The notes: generated by a model not told the origin, from the letters alone. A DNA stretch of 62,660 bases, filler included, from Methanobacteriota archaeon (GCA_024860865.1; 5 parts of 5 records of this genome joined end to end with filler, not necessarily neighbours in it), one strand, 5' to 3'. Shown: positions 1 through 9,755, counted from the whole stretch's first letter. Numbers and translations are program-made.

Positions 1-141
1 AGAAAAATGACGATAAAGGATTATGCAAACATGTTCCAGGTTAACAAAAGGACCGCTATCAGGGATATGCAAAAACTGGTCAAACTTGCCTTTGTGGAAA
101 AGCACGGCGAAAGACGTGGGGCATATTTCATCGGGAAATGA
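1..141 (+). CDS. C-terminal winged-HTH fragment of a gene truncated by the window start (Fic-like or ATP-binding regulator type)
   Basis: Frame 1 reads RKMTIKDYANMFQVNKRTAIRDMQKLVKLAFVEKHGERRGAYFIGK-TGA, a DeoR-like wHTH tail pattern; not in the ORF track. Confidence 0.65.
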   Translation, partial: RKMTIKDYANMFQVNKRTAIRDMQKLVKLAFVEKHGERRGAYFIGK

Positions 142-185
142 ATGTCACCAAAAGATGGAAAATGTCACCAAAAATGTCACCAAAA
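141..185. repeat. Three copies of AATGTCACCAAAA
   Basis: Copies at 141-153, 161-173 and 173-185. Confidence 0.85.
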
Positions 186-441
186 TCTCTGGCTCTTTTC
201 TGCCCTGACCGATGTAAACAACAGTATTTTCTTGTTGCCCGGTCTTGCTATTTGTTCCTCTTTGTTCGCTGAATCCGAACGTGGCAGTTGTGGCAAATGT
301 GACAAAATAGGAGGGATATACATCAAGCGCGTGCTAGACGAGATTCGATTCTAACTTGTTCCGTTTGCTTATAGGATTTTTCTTGCCCTTTTCCAAGCCT
401 CTCTTTCCACGTAGTTCACCAGCTCTTGGACGGTCCGGAAT

Positions 442-768
442 TCACACACAATCTCGATCACCTCCTTTCAAATTTTGTTGAGAACGTTTCGCAAGGATCT
501 CCTCAACTTTCTTTTGGATCAGCTGCTCGATCGTTTCGGGAGTCATCAATTTCAGGAACTCCCTTTCCTTTTCATCAAGCTTAAGTGCGGCTTTCAGACT
601 CAGGGGCTTCCTGCGCTTCAAACAGAAATCCGCCTCGGGGGCATTTTCATGTCCGCAGATCTGGCACGACTGGGTTTTGGGCTGCTCGTGCTCCCTTTTC
701 TCGTCCTCGCCGAGTTTCCCGTACATTTTCAGAATGGCCTCGTCGGTATCCCTTCCTGAAAGGCTTAT
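442..768 (-). pseudogene. C-terminal remnant of an archaeal tyrosine recombinase/integrase with Zn-ribbon tail
   Basis: LSGRDTDEAILKMYG follows the pattern just after the catalytic Tyr-x-His, then CQICGHENAPEADFCLKR (fourth Cys lost). The catalytic domain is absent and the segment is GC-richer than its flanks. Confidence 0.65.
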
Positions 769-857
769 CTTGACAATAAATATGAGCACCTCCCGAAGTT
801 TGTATTTTGCCGATAATATTATCGGGAAATCGTGCGGTTGTTCGAACGATAATTTAA

Positions 858-900
858 ATAGTTGATTATTCAACTATATAGTTGACAAGTCAACAGTTGA
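858..900. promoter_or_regulatory. Palindromic operator-like sites upstream of the wHTH-MNT gene
   Basis: Perfect palindrome TCAACTATATAGTTGA (870-885), TCAAC-A-GTTGA (890-900) and a further GTTGA half-site, just downstream of a TTTAAATA TATA-like box. Confidence 0.55.
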
Positions 901-905
901 TTAAT

Positions 906-1487
906 ATGTTAAACGAAACCGAACTAAAGATATTGTCGGCTTTCTTTCCAGAAGGAACAGAAAGAACTACCAAAGAAATAGAAGAACGTTCAAGTTACTC
1001 CCATGAACGTGCTTATTCTACGCTCAAGGTTTTAGAAGAGAGAGGAATTTTATTGAAAAAGACAGTGGGAAAGGCACTTGTTTATTCCATCAAGAAATTT
1101 GATGACCTAGTTTATCTTTGCTTTACTTATTATTCAATAAACAGAAAGAGCAGTTTTGTTAAAAAATACCCTCATGCATGGAAAGCGATTGAAGAATTTA
1201 TTAACAAAACAAAGCTGGAAATGGTTGTATTGTTTGGAAGCTACTCTAAAGATGAGGCAAATGAAAGAAGCGACATAGACGTTTTATGTATTAATGGAAG
1301 CTCAGAAACCGAAAAAATTGCTTTATCTTTAAGGCATAAGTACAATTTGAGAATAAGCCCCGTTGTTGTCAGTAAAGAAGATTTCAAAAATATAAAGAAG
1401 GATAATCCAGAGTTATGGGAAGAGCTTGTAAAATTTGGAATTATCCTGAAAGGGCAAGAATTATTTTATGATTTAATTTACGGGTGA
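906..1487 (+). CDS. wHTH plus minimal nucleotidyltransferase (MNT) antitoxin
   Basis: N-terminal HTH; LFGSYSK...SDIDV pol-beta NTase motif; ATG at 906 preferred over TTG at 882. Confidence 0.85.
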   Translation: MLNETELKILSAFFPEGTERTTKEIEERSSYSHERAYSTLKVLEERGILLKKTVGKALVYSIKKFDDLVYLCFTYYSINRKSSFVKKYPHAWKAIEEFINKTKLEMVVLFGSYSKDEANERSDIDVLCINGSSETEKIALSLRHKYNLRISPVVVSKEDFKNIKKDNPELWEELVKFGIILKGQELFYDLIYG

Positions 1488-1491
1488 TTAA

Positions 1492-2037
1492 ATGGAAAAG
1501 GGTATCAGTTGGTTCATTCAGGAAGGATTGCTGGCAAAAACGCCATTCATACAAAAATTGACTCAGAAATTCATTGACAAGGCGAAGAACAACCTCATCA
1601 CGTTGAGCATTCTTTTTGACCTTCATAATAACAAGGGAGTAAGAGATGCTCTTAATGTCCCTGAAGAATATGATTCAAGCGAATGGGTTGTAGTCTGCGC
1701 TTACTATGCAATGTATATGGCAGCATCAGCAGCACTCGCCAAAATAAATTACAAAAGCAAAAATCACACAGCAACAGTTCTTGCTCTCGAAACGTTTTTT
1801 GTAAAGAAACAATTACTGGAAGAAAAATACTTGAAAATGATTGAGAAGGCGCAGTTGGAAAAAGAGTATGTGGATAACTTGAATCTTGCGAGAGACAGAA
1901 GAGAGATTGCACAATACAGTGTCACAAAAGAAACGACAAGAAAGATTGCTGAAGAAATCAAGGAAGATGCTTACAAGTTTGTGGAAAGGATAGAGAGATT
2001 AATTGATAGTCTAAGTTCGGGTGTTGTTGAAATATGA
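1492..2037 (+). CDS. HEPN domain protein (MNT-HEPN toxin)
   Basis: AYYAMY, KNH and R-x4-Y (REIAQY) motifs; directly follows the MNT gene. Confidence 0.85.
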   Translation: MEKGISWFIQEGLLAKTPFIQKLTQKFIDKAKNNLITLSILFDLHNNKGVRDALNVPEEYDSSEWVVVCAYYAMYMAASAALAKINYKSKNHTATVLALETFFVKKQLLEEKYLKMIEKAQLEKEYVDNLNLARDRREIAQYSVTKETTRKIAEEIKEDAYKFVERIERLIDSLSSGVVEI

Positions 2038-2321
2038 CAATCAAAAAATTCGCTTTATTGAAATGGGCATTCTGGATAATCATTTTTCTAACAGCCATAA
2101 GTACAATTTCAATCATATATTGTAACCACAAGGGTTTGATAATGAGTAATGAAACTGATGCTACTTTTTCAGACACTATTTTTTCAAACGGTCTGAGCCT
2201 TATTTTTAGCATTATTGGTTTTCTTGTAGCACTAATCCTTTTTTTAGTGCAGTATATAGGAACAAAGTTTGATTCTCACGAACTTGAGAAATCCCCAACA
2301 TCAAATAAACTTCATATATAA
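2034..2321 (+). pseudogene. Truncated membrane protein
   Basis: Two hydrophobic helices, then an early stop followed by broken frames. Confidence 0.4.
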
Positions 2322-2578
2322 TTTTCAATTTCATTGCACTATACATCAAGCTGTTATTTCCTTATACATTGATCAGCCCAAAAATTTGGCGAGTTCCCTT
2401 ATGGTGAATTCCTTCTCTCGATATCTCCAAAGCGTTCTAAGAACCTTTACTTTTACCCTGGAACCTAACAGCATTTCAATTAAATCATGAAACCGCATGG
2501 CTATCACTGTAAACTAAAGTTTCCATATGGAAACAAAAGTAAAAAAAACTTTCGCACCAAAAGAAAAAAAGGGAAGAT

Positions 2579-2634
2579 GCGGGAGAGAGTGGAGACATCG
2601 CCAGCTCTTGGGGGGTTCAAGTCCCACCGCACCA
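2579..2634 (+). other. Degenerate tRNA-like remnant (tRNA-Leu-like ends), possible att scar
   Basis: GCGGG start and GGGGGTTCAAGTCCC-ACCGC-A-CCA end (T-loop plus CCA); only 56 nt, with no complete D or anticodon arm. Confidence 0.45.
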
Positions 2635-2862
2635 TCTTCAGATGACAAAAAAGCAAGAAATCAACGACATCTTTAGACATAAAAAGTAGGATTAATTGTT
2701 GAACGCATTCAAAGTACTTAACGCTTTTTTGCACTAACCTAACGAAAAAAACTTTTATCTTATGAATTATATCCTACAAGCTTATTAAGTAGAATTTATC
2801 TTGAAGAAAGAGCCCAATTAAAGAATAAGCTGAGAGGTTAAGAAGAATCTGGGAGGAGAAAA

Positions 2863-3225
2863 ATGCCACCAACCGGTCCAACTAATCCAAGGCTACGCAG
2901 ACTCATTGTGCTGCTGCAGAGGAAATCCCGGAAGGAGAAAGCCGCTATTTGGAAAGACTTATCTAGAAAACTCGAACGTCCGAGCAGAAAACGCGCTGAA
3001 GTTAACATCAGCAGGATTGCTCGCTTTACAAATCAGAATTCTATAGTAGTTATACCGGGCAAAGTTTTAGGAGCTGGAACTATCAAACATCCAGTTACAG
3101 TTGCCGCAGTTAAATTTTCAAAAGAAGCAAAACGGAAGATTGAGGCAGCAGGAGGGCAGTGCTTGCCGATTGAATTTTTGTTGGATAAAAATCCGAAGGG
3201 TTCAAGAGTCACTATCATGGAGTAA
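2863..3225 (+). CDS. rpl18e: 50S ribosomal protein L18e
   Basis: TNPRL, RAEVNISRI and PGKVLG motifs; GGGAGG Shine-Dalgarno. Confidence 0.97.
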   Translation: MPPTGPTNPRLRRLIVLLQRKSRKEKAAIWKDLSRKLERPSRKRAEVNISRIARFTNQNSIVVIPGKVLGAGTIKHPVTVAAVKFSKEAKRKIEAAGGQCLPIEFLLDKNPKGSRVTIME

Positions 3226-3230
3226 TTTTT

Positions 3231-3668
3231 ATGGAGCTTATAATCGATGCTGATGGATTAATTTTAGGCCGAATGGCAAGCTTTGTTGCTAAAAAGTTGC
3301 TTGAAGGAAATAAAGTCTTTATTTTAAATGCTGAAAATGCTATTATATCTGGTTCACCTAGAACTACCTTTGAAAAGTACAAACGAAGAATTGATCGCGG
3401 TGGAATTTCTAGGTCTGGGCCATATTATCCAAGGAGGCCGGATCTTTTAGTTAAGCGCGCTATTAGGGGCATGCTTCCATATAAACAAGAGAAAGGTCGG
3501 TCTGCCTTGAAAAAATTGCGGGTTTACATTGGAGTTCCAGAGGACCTTTCTGATAAAAAAGCTGAAAGAATTGCCTCTGCTGATGCAAAAAGGCTAAGTA
3601 GAGCTAGGGTTATTAAAATTGGAGAGCTTTGCCACCACTTGGGTTGGACAGGGGGTAAAATTGGTTAA
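3231..3668 (+). CDS. rpl13: 50S ribosomal protein L13
   Basis: [13 protein letters not shown] and [10 protein letters not shown] motifs. Confidence 0.97.
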   Translation: MELIIDADGLILGRMASFVAKKLLEGNKVFILNAENAIISGSPRTTFEKYKRRIDRGGISRSGPYYPRRPDLLVKRAIRGMLPYKQEKGRSALKKLRVYIGVPEDLSDKKAERIASADAKRLSRARVIKIGELCHHLGWTGGKIG

Positions 3669-4056
3669 GATAGTTCATGTAAGTGGGAAAAGAAAGACCG
3701 CTATCGCTAGAGCTACGGTTAAAAAAGGCAGTGGAGTAGTGAGAGTTAATAAGAAATTAATCGATATTATTCAGCCCGAACTTGCTAAGTTAAAATTAAT
3801 GGAACCCCTCGTTGTTGCTGCTGATGCCGTTCAGAAAGTAAATATTGACGTGAGCGTAGTTGGCGGAGGAGTAATGGGTCAAGCTGAAGCTGCTCGAACT
3901 GCGATTGCTAGAGGGTTAGTAGGTTGGGATTCTAAACTCAAAAAAAAATTCCTTGAGTATGATAGAACCTTGTTAGCAGGAGACCCAAGACGGAAAGAAC
4001 CGAAAAAAACCGGAGGCCGTGGAGCCAGAAAAAGGCGGCAGAAATCATATAGGTGA
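3661..4056 (+). CDS. rps9: 30S ribosomal protein S9
   Basis: [21 protein letters not shown] and C-terminal RQKSYR; TTG start at 3661 after GGGGG. Confidence 0.97.
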   Translation: MVKIVHVSGKRKTAIARATVKKGSGVVRVNKKLIDIIQPELAKLKLMEPLVVAADAVQKVNIDVSVVGGGVMGQAEAARTAIARGLVGWDSKLKKKFLEYDRTLLAGDPRRKEPKKTGGRGARKRRQKSYR

Positions 4057-4060
4057 AATT

Positions 4061-4261
4061 ATGATCATTCCAATTAGGTGCTTCAGCTGCGGGAGTTTAA
4101 TCGCAGATAAGTATGAAAAATTTTTAGAGCGCGTAAAAAAAGGTGATGAGCCTAAAAAAGTTTTAGATGAACTAGGATTGAACAAATATTGTTGCCGTAG
4201 AATGATAATTAGTCATGTTGAATTAATTGATGAAATTGCAAAATTCCGAGAGATCATGTAA
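4061..4261 (+). CDS. rpoN: DNA-directed RNA polymerase subunit N (Rpo10)
   Basis: [11 protein letters not shown]...KYCCRRMI. Confidence 0.97.
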   Translation: MIIPIRCFSCGSLIADKYEKFLERVKKGDEPKKVLDELGLNKYCCRRMIISHVELIDEIAKFREIM

Positions 4262-4360
4262 CACTCATTGAAAACTTTTAAATCACATGGACTTTTAAGT
4301 AACTCCTTTTTAATCTTAATCAGAAAGCTTTTACATAATGAAGCTTTAATTTCATTTAGT

Positions 4361-4497
4361 GGGGCCGTAGGGTAGCTTGGTCCATCCTACCAGCCATAGA
4401 GACTGCCAAGAAAGAGCAGTTCTCAACTGGAATGGGGCGCTGGTGATTATTTATAAATTAACCAGAAACTCGAGTTCAAATCTCGACGGCCCCACCA
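4361..4497 (+). tRNA. tRNA-Pro(GGG) with two BHB introns (4396-4432 at position 32/33; 4446-4467 at position 45/46) and encoded CCA
   Basis: Acceptor GGGGCCG/CGGCCCC; T-arm TCGAG-TTCAAAT-CTCGA; after removing both introns the anticodon arm is CCAGC-CTGGGGC-GCTGG. Confidence 0.9.
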
Positions 4498-4516
4498 ATT
4501 TAGGAAGGGATTCTAA

Positions 4517-4708
4517 TTGCGGAAAGGTAAGCTCACTCGCTTTGAAAAAGCAAGAATAATTGGAGCACGAGCTTTACAAATTGCTATGGGTGCACCAAGC
4601 CTTATTGATGTTCCTGCACATATTAAAAATCCAATCGATATTGCACAATATGAAACTAAGAAGAGGATGTTACCTATTACCGTTCGACGTATGCTAGGAC
4701 ATAAATAA
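4517..4708 (+). CDS. rpoK: DNA-directed RNA polymerase subunit K (Rpo6)
   Basis: [22 protein letters not shown] motif. Confidence 0.97.
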   Translation: MRKGKLTRFEKARIIGARALQIAMGAPSLIDVPAHIKNPIDIAQYETKKRMLPITVRRMLGHK

Positions 4709-4723
4709 CATGGAGGGAAAATC

Positions 4724-5962
4724 CTGGCGAAAATCGAGCAGATTGTTGCAAGAAAAATTTTTGATAGCCGCGGCAATCCAACAATTGAAATCGATGTTTT
4801 AACAAAAAATGGATTTGGCCGTGCAGCTGCCCCCAGCGGGGCGAGTGTTGGGAAGTATGAGGCTGTAGCTTTCCTAGACGGTGGAGTCAACCAAGCTATT
4901 AGAATAGTCAAAAAAAAAGTTGCACCCAAACTAGTTGGCATGAATGTTATTGGTCAAGCAGCAATTGATCATATACTTCGTGAAATTGACAATACTAACA
5001 ATTTTAGCAAAATTGGTGGAAACACAGCCATAGCCGTTTCGTTAGCAGTTGCAAAAGCTGCTGCAAACGCGAGTAGAGTCGCTCTTTTTAAGTATCTAAG
5101 CAAATCTGCAGTTACTATTCCATTCCCCCTTGGAAATATAATCGGCGGTGGAGCGCATGCTGGCGGTAGAACTCCCGATATTCAAGAATTTTTAGTGCTG
5201 CCAGTTGGTGCTAAAAATGTCCGCGATGCAATTCATGCAAATGCTTTAGTTCATAAGAAAACTAGAGAGTTAATTCAAAAAAGTGATCCGCAATTTTCTA
5301 ACGGGAAGGGTGATGAGGGAGCCTGGGCTCCTAATATAAAAAGTGAGACAGCGCTAGAGATTCTTTCAAAAGCGATTGATCAGGTGGGTTTAGAAACTGG
5401 TATTAATATTAAAATTGGTTTAGACGTTGCAGCATCAAGACTTTGGATGAAAAATTATTACCACTACTCACGAGAAAAAAGGAACTTTACGATAGAAGAA
5501 CAGTTGGAGTTCATTCAAAGTCTAATCAAAAGATATTCAATTTACTACGTTGAGGATCCTATAGAGGAAGAAGATTTCATCAATTTTTCAAAGTTAACTA
5601 AAACTGTTGGTTCCAAGACGCTAATTTGTGGCGACGACCTGTTTGCGACAAATATCGAAAGATTAAAAGAAGGAATTAAAAACAAATCAACTAATGCAAT
5701 TTTAATTAAGCCAAATCAAATTGGGACTTTAACTGAGACCATTCAAACAATTGAATTTGCAAAGAAAAACAAAATCATGCCTATTGTATCGCATAGGTCA
5801 GGTGAAACAACTGATGAAAGCATAGCTCACATTGCTGTTGCTTTTGATTGCCCAATAATCAAAACTGGAGTCGTTGGTGGAGAGCGAATTGCCAAACTGA
5901 ATGAATTAATCAGGATTGAAGAAATGACTGGTGCAAAGATGGCGAAGTTGCCAATAAAGTAA
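4724..5962 (+). CDS. eno: Enolase, probable CTG start
   Basis: Frame is open from 4709 and reads KIEQIVARKIFDSRGNPTIE and APSGASVG well before ATG 4940; also ILIKPNQIG and SHRSGET motifs. Confidence 0.95.
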   Translation: MAKIEQIVARKIFDSRGNPTIEIDVLTKNGFGRAAAPSGASVGKYEAVAFLDGGVNQAIRIVKKKVAPKLVGMNVIGQAAIDHILREIDNTNNFSKIGGNTAIAVSLAVAKAAANASRVALFKYLSKSAVTIPFPLGNIIGGGAHAGGRTPDIQEFLVLPVGAKNVRDAIHANALVHKKTRELIQKSDPQFSNGKGDEGAWAPNIKSETALEILSKAIDQVGLETGINIKIGLDVAASRLWMKNYYHYSREKRNFTIEEQLEFIQSLIKRYSIYYVEDPIEEEDFINFSKLTKTVGSKTLICGDDLFATNIERLKEGIKNKSTNAILIKPNQIGTLTETIQTIEFAKKNKIMPIVSHRSGETTDESIAHIAVAFDCPIIKTGVVGGERIAKLNELIRIEEMTGAKMAKLPIK

Positions 5963-6088
5963 TTCTCTTCTCACAGGAACGGATATCAATAGAACAAAAG
6001 ATTTTTTCGCTCTTTTTTAGGAGAAAACTTTATACGTTTTGAAGAATATTTTAAAAATCTTAAGATATTCTGAATTTGGAGGTTAAAA

Positions 6089-6703
6089 ATGCCTGAGGAA
6101 GAGGTAGTTGTAGAGGGTGCCCTTCTAATACCGCTAGAAAAATACCTTGAAGCAGGTATTCACATAGGCACTCAGCAAAAGACTGGAGATATGGAGCCTT
6201 TCATTTATCGTGTTCGTTCTGATGGATTGTATGTTCTTGATGTGAAGAAAACTGACGAACGAATTAGAGCCGCTGGGAAGCTCCTTTCAAAGTATGACTC
6301 AAAAACAATTCTGGCCGTATCTGCTCGACAATATGGTCAAAAGCCAGTTCATAAATTTGCTGAAATTGTTGGAGCAACTGTTATACCTGGCAGATTTGTC
6401 CCTGGCACTCTAACTAATCCGAGCTTTAAGGGATTCATTGAGCCAGAAATTCTGCTAATTAGTGATCCTAGAGGGGATGCTCAGGCCCTAGAAGAGGCAA
6501 AACAAATTGGAATTCCAGTAATAGGTCTCTGCGATACTAACAGTTCTACTGCGAATATTGACCTGATCATCCCTTGCAACAATAAAGGCCGAAAAGCGTT
6601 AACTCTTGTATATTATTTGCTTGCTAGACAAATTATGCGAGAGCGCAATTTGATACCTGTTGAGGCCGAGCTCAGCGTTCCCATGGAAGCTTTTGAAAGT
6701 TAG
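6089..6703 (+). CDS. rps2: 30S ribosomal protein S2
   Basis: [24 protein letters not shown] and PCNNKGRK motifs. Confidence 0.97.
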   Translation: MPEEEVVVEGALLIPLEKYLEAGIHIGTQQKTGDMEPFIYRVRSDGLYVLDVKKTDERIRAAGKLLSKYDSKTILAVSARQYGQKPVHKFAEIVGATVIPGRFVPGTLTNPSFKGFIEPEILLISDPRGDAQALEEAKQIGIPVIGLCDTNSSTANIDLIIPCNNKGRKALTLVYYLLARQIMRERNLIPVEAELSVPMEAFES

Positions 6704-6747
6704 CTCAAGAAATTTTAAATCTTAAGGATTAGCTATTCTTTTCAGGG

Positions 6748-7599
6748 ATGCTCGTGAAGATTAGAAGGCCAGCTGTATCTGGTCAATTTTATTGGTCAGA
6801 CCCCAAAGATCTCCTTGAACAAATTAGCGATTGTTATAAACATATACTTGGTCCAAGAAATTTGCCTGAAACAAAAGCAGGGCCAAGGAAAATTGTTGGG
6901 GCTGTTGCGCCTCATGCAGGTTATATGTACTCCGGCCCAGTGGCGGCCCACACCTATAATGAGCTTGCAGCTGATGGTATACCAGATACTGTTGTAATTA
7001 TTGGTCCAAATCATACGGGCGTAGGTTCAGGCGTTGCTATAATGGTTGAAGGTGCTTGGCAAACGCCATTAGGAACGGTTGAAATCGATTCTGATTTGGC
7101 AAAGCAAATCATAAAGAAAAGTGAAACGATAGATTCAGATGAAACAGCTCACTATTCTGAACATTCAATAGAAGTTCAGCTTCCATTTTTGCAACACATC
7201 TATAATGAAAAGTTCAAGTTCATTCCAATTTGTATGATGATGCAAGATCTAGACACAGCAAGGGAAGTTGGAAAAGCTATTGCTGTAGCTGCTAAAGATA
7301 AAAATGTCGTTATCCTGGCAAGTACAGATTTTACTCATTATGAATCTCAAAAAATTGCTCTTGACAAAGATTTGAAAGCAATCGATGCTATCATTAACTT
7401 AAACGAGACAAAATTAGTTGAGCGAGTTATTGGTTTGAATATATCTATGTGTGGATATGGTCCAGTTGCTGCAATGATTGTTGCTGCTAAAAATTTGCAA
7501 GCTAAAGAAGGTAAATTATTAAAATATGCAACCAGTGGCGACATAACTAATGACTACTCACATGTAGTAGGCTATGGTTCAATTGCGATAAGAAAGTAA
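6748..7599 (+). CDS. MEMO1 family protein (AmmeMemoRadiSam protein B)
   Basis: PHAGYMYSG, GPNHTG, EHSIEVQLPF, STDFTHY and MCGYGP motifs. Confidence 0.93.
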   Translation: MLVKIRRPAVSGQFYWSDPKDLLEQISDCYKHILGPRNLPETKAGPRKIVGAVAPHAGYMYSGPVAAHTYNELAADGIPDTVVIIGPNHTGVGSGVAIMVEGAWQTPLGTVEIDSDLAKQIIKKSETIDSDETAHYSEHSIEVQLPFLQHIYNEKFKFIPICMMMQDLDTAREVGKAIAVAAKDKNVVILASTDFTHYESQKIALDKDLKAIDAIINLNETKLVERVIGLNISMCGYGPVAAMIVAAKNLQAKEGKLLKYATSGDITNDYSHVVGYGSIAIRK

Positions 7600-7761
7600 G
7601 AAATTCAAACTAAGGAATTTTCTCTATTTTGGCAACCAGAAAAGAAATTTTCAAATATATTTGTTTTATTTATTTCGTATTAAAAACAACATTGTTTAAT
7701 TAAATGACAAAATATTTAAATATTCTTAAAAATTAAACTAAGAACGAAAGTAGCTCGGTTA

Positions 7762-7983
7762 ATGAAAGAGTCCTCTCCAAAGGTGCAAAAAATGCAGGAG
7801 AAAATTGAATATGAAGATGTTATTTTAGGAGAAATAGAAGATTTAAGAAAGAGGATAATTGAACAACGAAAATTGTTAGAGGAGTTACGAGAAAGAATTG
7901 ATACAGAGATGAAATTCGACTTAGAAAAATTAAAAGTTATAGAAAAACTTAGAAAAGAAAGATCAAATTTTATTCCAACTTAA
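7762..7983 (+). CDS. Small coiled-coil hypothetical protein
   Basis: Glu/Lys-rich heptad pattern; upstream TTTAAATA box. Confidence 0.55.
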   Translation: MKESSPKVQKMQEKIEYEDVILGEIEDLRKRIIEQRKLLEELRERIDTEMKFDLEKLKVIEKLRKERSNFIPT

Positions 7984-8009
7984 ATAAGAAAAACAATAAG
8001 GAGAAAAAG

Positions 8010-8276
8010 ATGGTGAGTAAAGAAGAATTAGAAGAGAAATTAAAAGAAGCAAAAACAGTTGAAGAGAAATTAAAAATAATGATTGAAACAGATGAAACTA
8101 TTTTAAAAGAGCTTAAGGAGCAGGGAGAGATGCTTGAAGAGCAAGGGAAAAGACTTGAGGAACAAAGAAAGAGGCTTGAGGCTCTTAGTTTTCAAACAAA
8201 AACCATCAAGGAATTATGGGGACTCTCTGTTGCAGAAAAAGCTATCGCAGCACCAACAAACCCTGGAAATAAATAA
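8010..8276 (+). CDS. Small coiled-coil hypothetical protein
   Basis: AGGAG Shine-Dalgarno; LEEQGKR-like heptad repeats. Confidence 0.65.
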   Translation: MVSKEELEEKLKEAKTVEEKLKIMIETDETILKELKEQGEMLEEQGKRLEEQRKRLEALSFQTKTIKELWGLSVAEKAIAAPTNPGNK

Positions 8277-8734
8277 TTGAAAATCTATTATTAAGTTATT
8301 TATTTGAAATGGTTTGAATCGATTGGGAATTCTTTATACAAAAGAAGACAAAAAGCATAAGTTTTCAAAAATCTATTATTAAAATTATTTTGAAAAATTT
8401 CCGTAAGTCTTTATATTTGAACGCATATGCTTGATATTATCGAAATATTTGGCGTCCGAATGACTTTAGAATTCTTTTTTGACTCGAGGGGTTCTTTTTC
8501 AAAATCTTCGCATTAACTCTTTTTCCTAAAGCTCGGTAATAATGAAGTAGAAAAAGAAAAAAGGAAAAAATAAAAGAATATGCGAGTTTTCTAAATTTGT
8601 TCATAATAAAGCGGAATTAAAAAAGCGGTATTATTGGTCACATGATCAATGCCATAAGTTTTTTCTTAATTTTAACATTTTAGTATAAACAAATCTAAAA
8701 TAGCCTACATTTGATATTTAAAAAAGTGAAAGAA

Positions 8735-9751
8735 ATGATAACTAGCTCAGCTCCAGGGAGTGTCAAACTTTTTTCAGAGCATGCTGTAGTTTATAACAGG
8801 CTTGGAATTACTGGGGCATTCGATAAGAGAGCTTATGCAAAAGTTTCTATTTCTGAAAAAAAAGTTAAAATACATTTAAAAGATTTTGGGGTTCAAAAAG
8901 AACTATCTGAAAAAGAAGTTGAAAAAATTTACACATCTATAAAAGAACTAATGAATAGAGAAGCAACCGAAGATATACTAAGGCTAGCTAAGAAAGATAT
9001 CGCTTTGCCACATGTTTTCATTATAGGGAATATTTTTCAAAAATTTGGGTACACCCCACTAAAAATTGAGATTCGATCTGAAATTCCAAGAAAGTCTGGT
9101 CTTGGATCCAGCGCAGCTGTTTTTGTAGCTTTGACTTATGCCATAAATAAAAATCTAAAACTAAAACTAAACAAAGAACAGATTGTAGAATTAGCAAATG
9201 AAGGGGACAAAGTTGTGCATGGAAAACCAAGTGGGGTTGATGTGAATACTTGCTTTTTTGGCGGATATATTAAATTTAAACAGTCTGAAGGCGCAAAACC
9301 TTTGGAAATAAAAACACAAGTACCTTTGGTTATCGCGGATACTGGAGTTTATAAAGATACTGGAACAATGGTTGCAGCTGTAGGAGGATTATATCAAAAA
9401 GACCCGAACGGGACAAACTCCATTTTTGATGAAATGGAAGCAATAGCGGTGAGTGGCTTAAAAGCCTTAAAAAAAGGAAATATTCGGGAATTAGGTGAAC
9501 TAATTAATCAAGCTCAAGATTGCTTGAGAAAATTGGGGGTTTCATCTCCAGAAATAGAGGAATTAATTAAAATTGCAAATAATAATGGGGCTTATGGCGC
9601 AAAATTAACAGGTGCTGGAGGAGGCGGTTGTATAATTGCAATAACAGAGCAACCACAACAGCTTACCAAAATTTTCAATAGATATGGTCACAATGCTTTT
9701 CAAACAAAGTTGGGAGTAAAAGGGGTAAATTCGAAAATCTATACCAGATGA
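8735..9751 (+). CDS. mvk: Mevalonate kinase
   Basis: APGSVKLFSEHAVVY, GLGSSAA, HGKPSGVD and KLTGAGGGG GHMP motifs; operon context. Confidence 0.92.
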   Translation: MITSSAPGSVKLFSEHAVVYNRLGITGAFDKRAYAKVSISEKKVKIHLKDFGVQKELSEKEVEKIYTSIKELMNREATEDILRLAKKDIALPHVFIIGNIFQKFGYTPLKIEIRSEIPRKSGLGSSAAVFVALTYAINKNLKLKLNKEQIVELANEGDKVVHGKPSGVDVNTCFFGGYIKFKQSEGAKPLEIKTQVPLVIADTGVYKDTGTMVAAVGGLYQKDPNGTNSIFDEMEAIAVSGLKALKKGNIRELGELINQAQDCLRKLGVSSPEIEELIKIANNNGAYGAKLTGAGGGGCIIAITEQPQQLTKIFNRYGHNAFQTKLGVKGVNSKIYTR

Positions 9752-9755
9752 GATT

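Noticed and set aside
2571-2640. Possible tRNA-Sec (GGAAGAT...ATCTTC ends with an internal TTCAA)
   Set aside because: Too short, with no D-arm or long variable arm; the TTCAAGT reads better as a T-loop
4377-4559. 60-aa ORF overlapping tRNA-Pro
   Set aside because: Chance frame across a tRNA gene
6701-6718. Genome-wide TAG recoding (pyrrolysine-type)
   Set aside because: rps2, ABCE1 and btuC end at TAG at expected lengths; only one suspicious internal TAG (49069) was found
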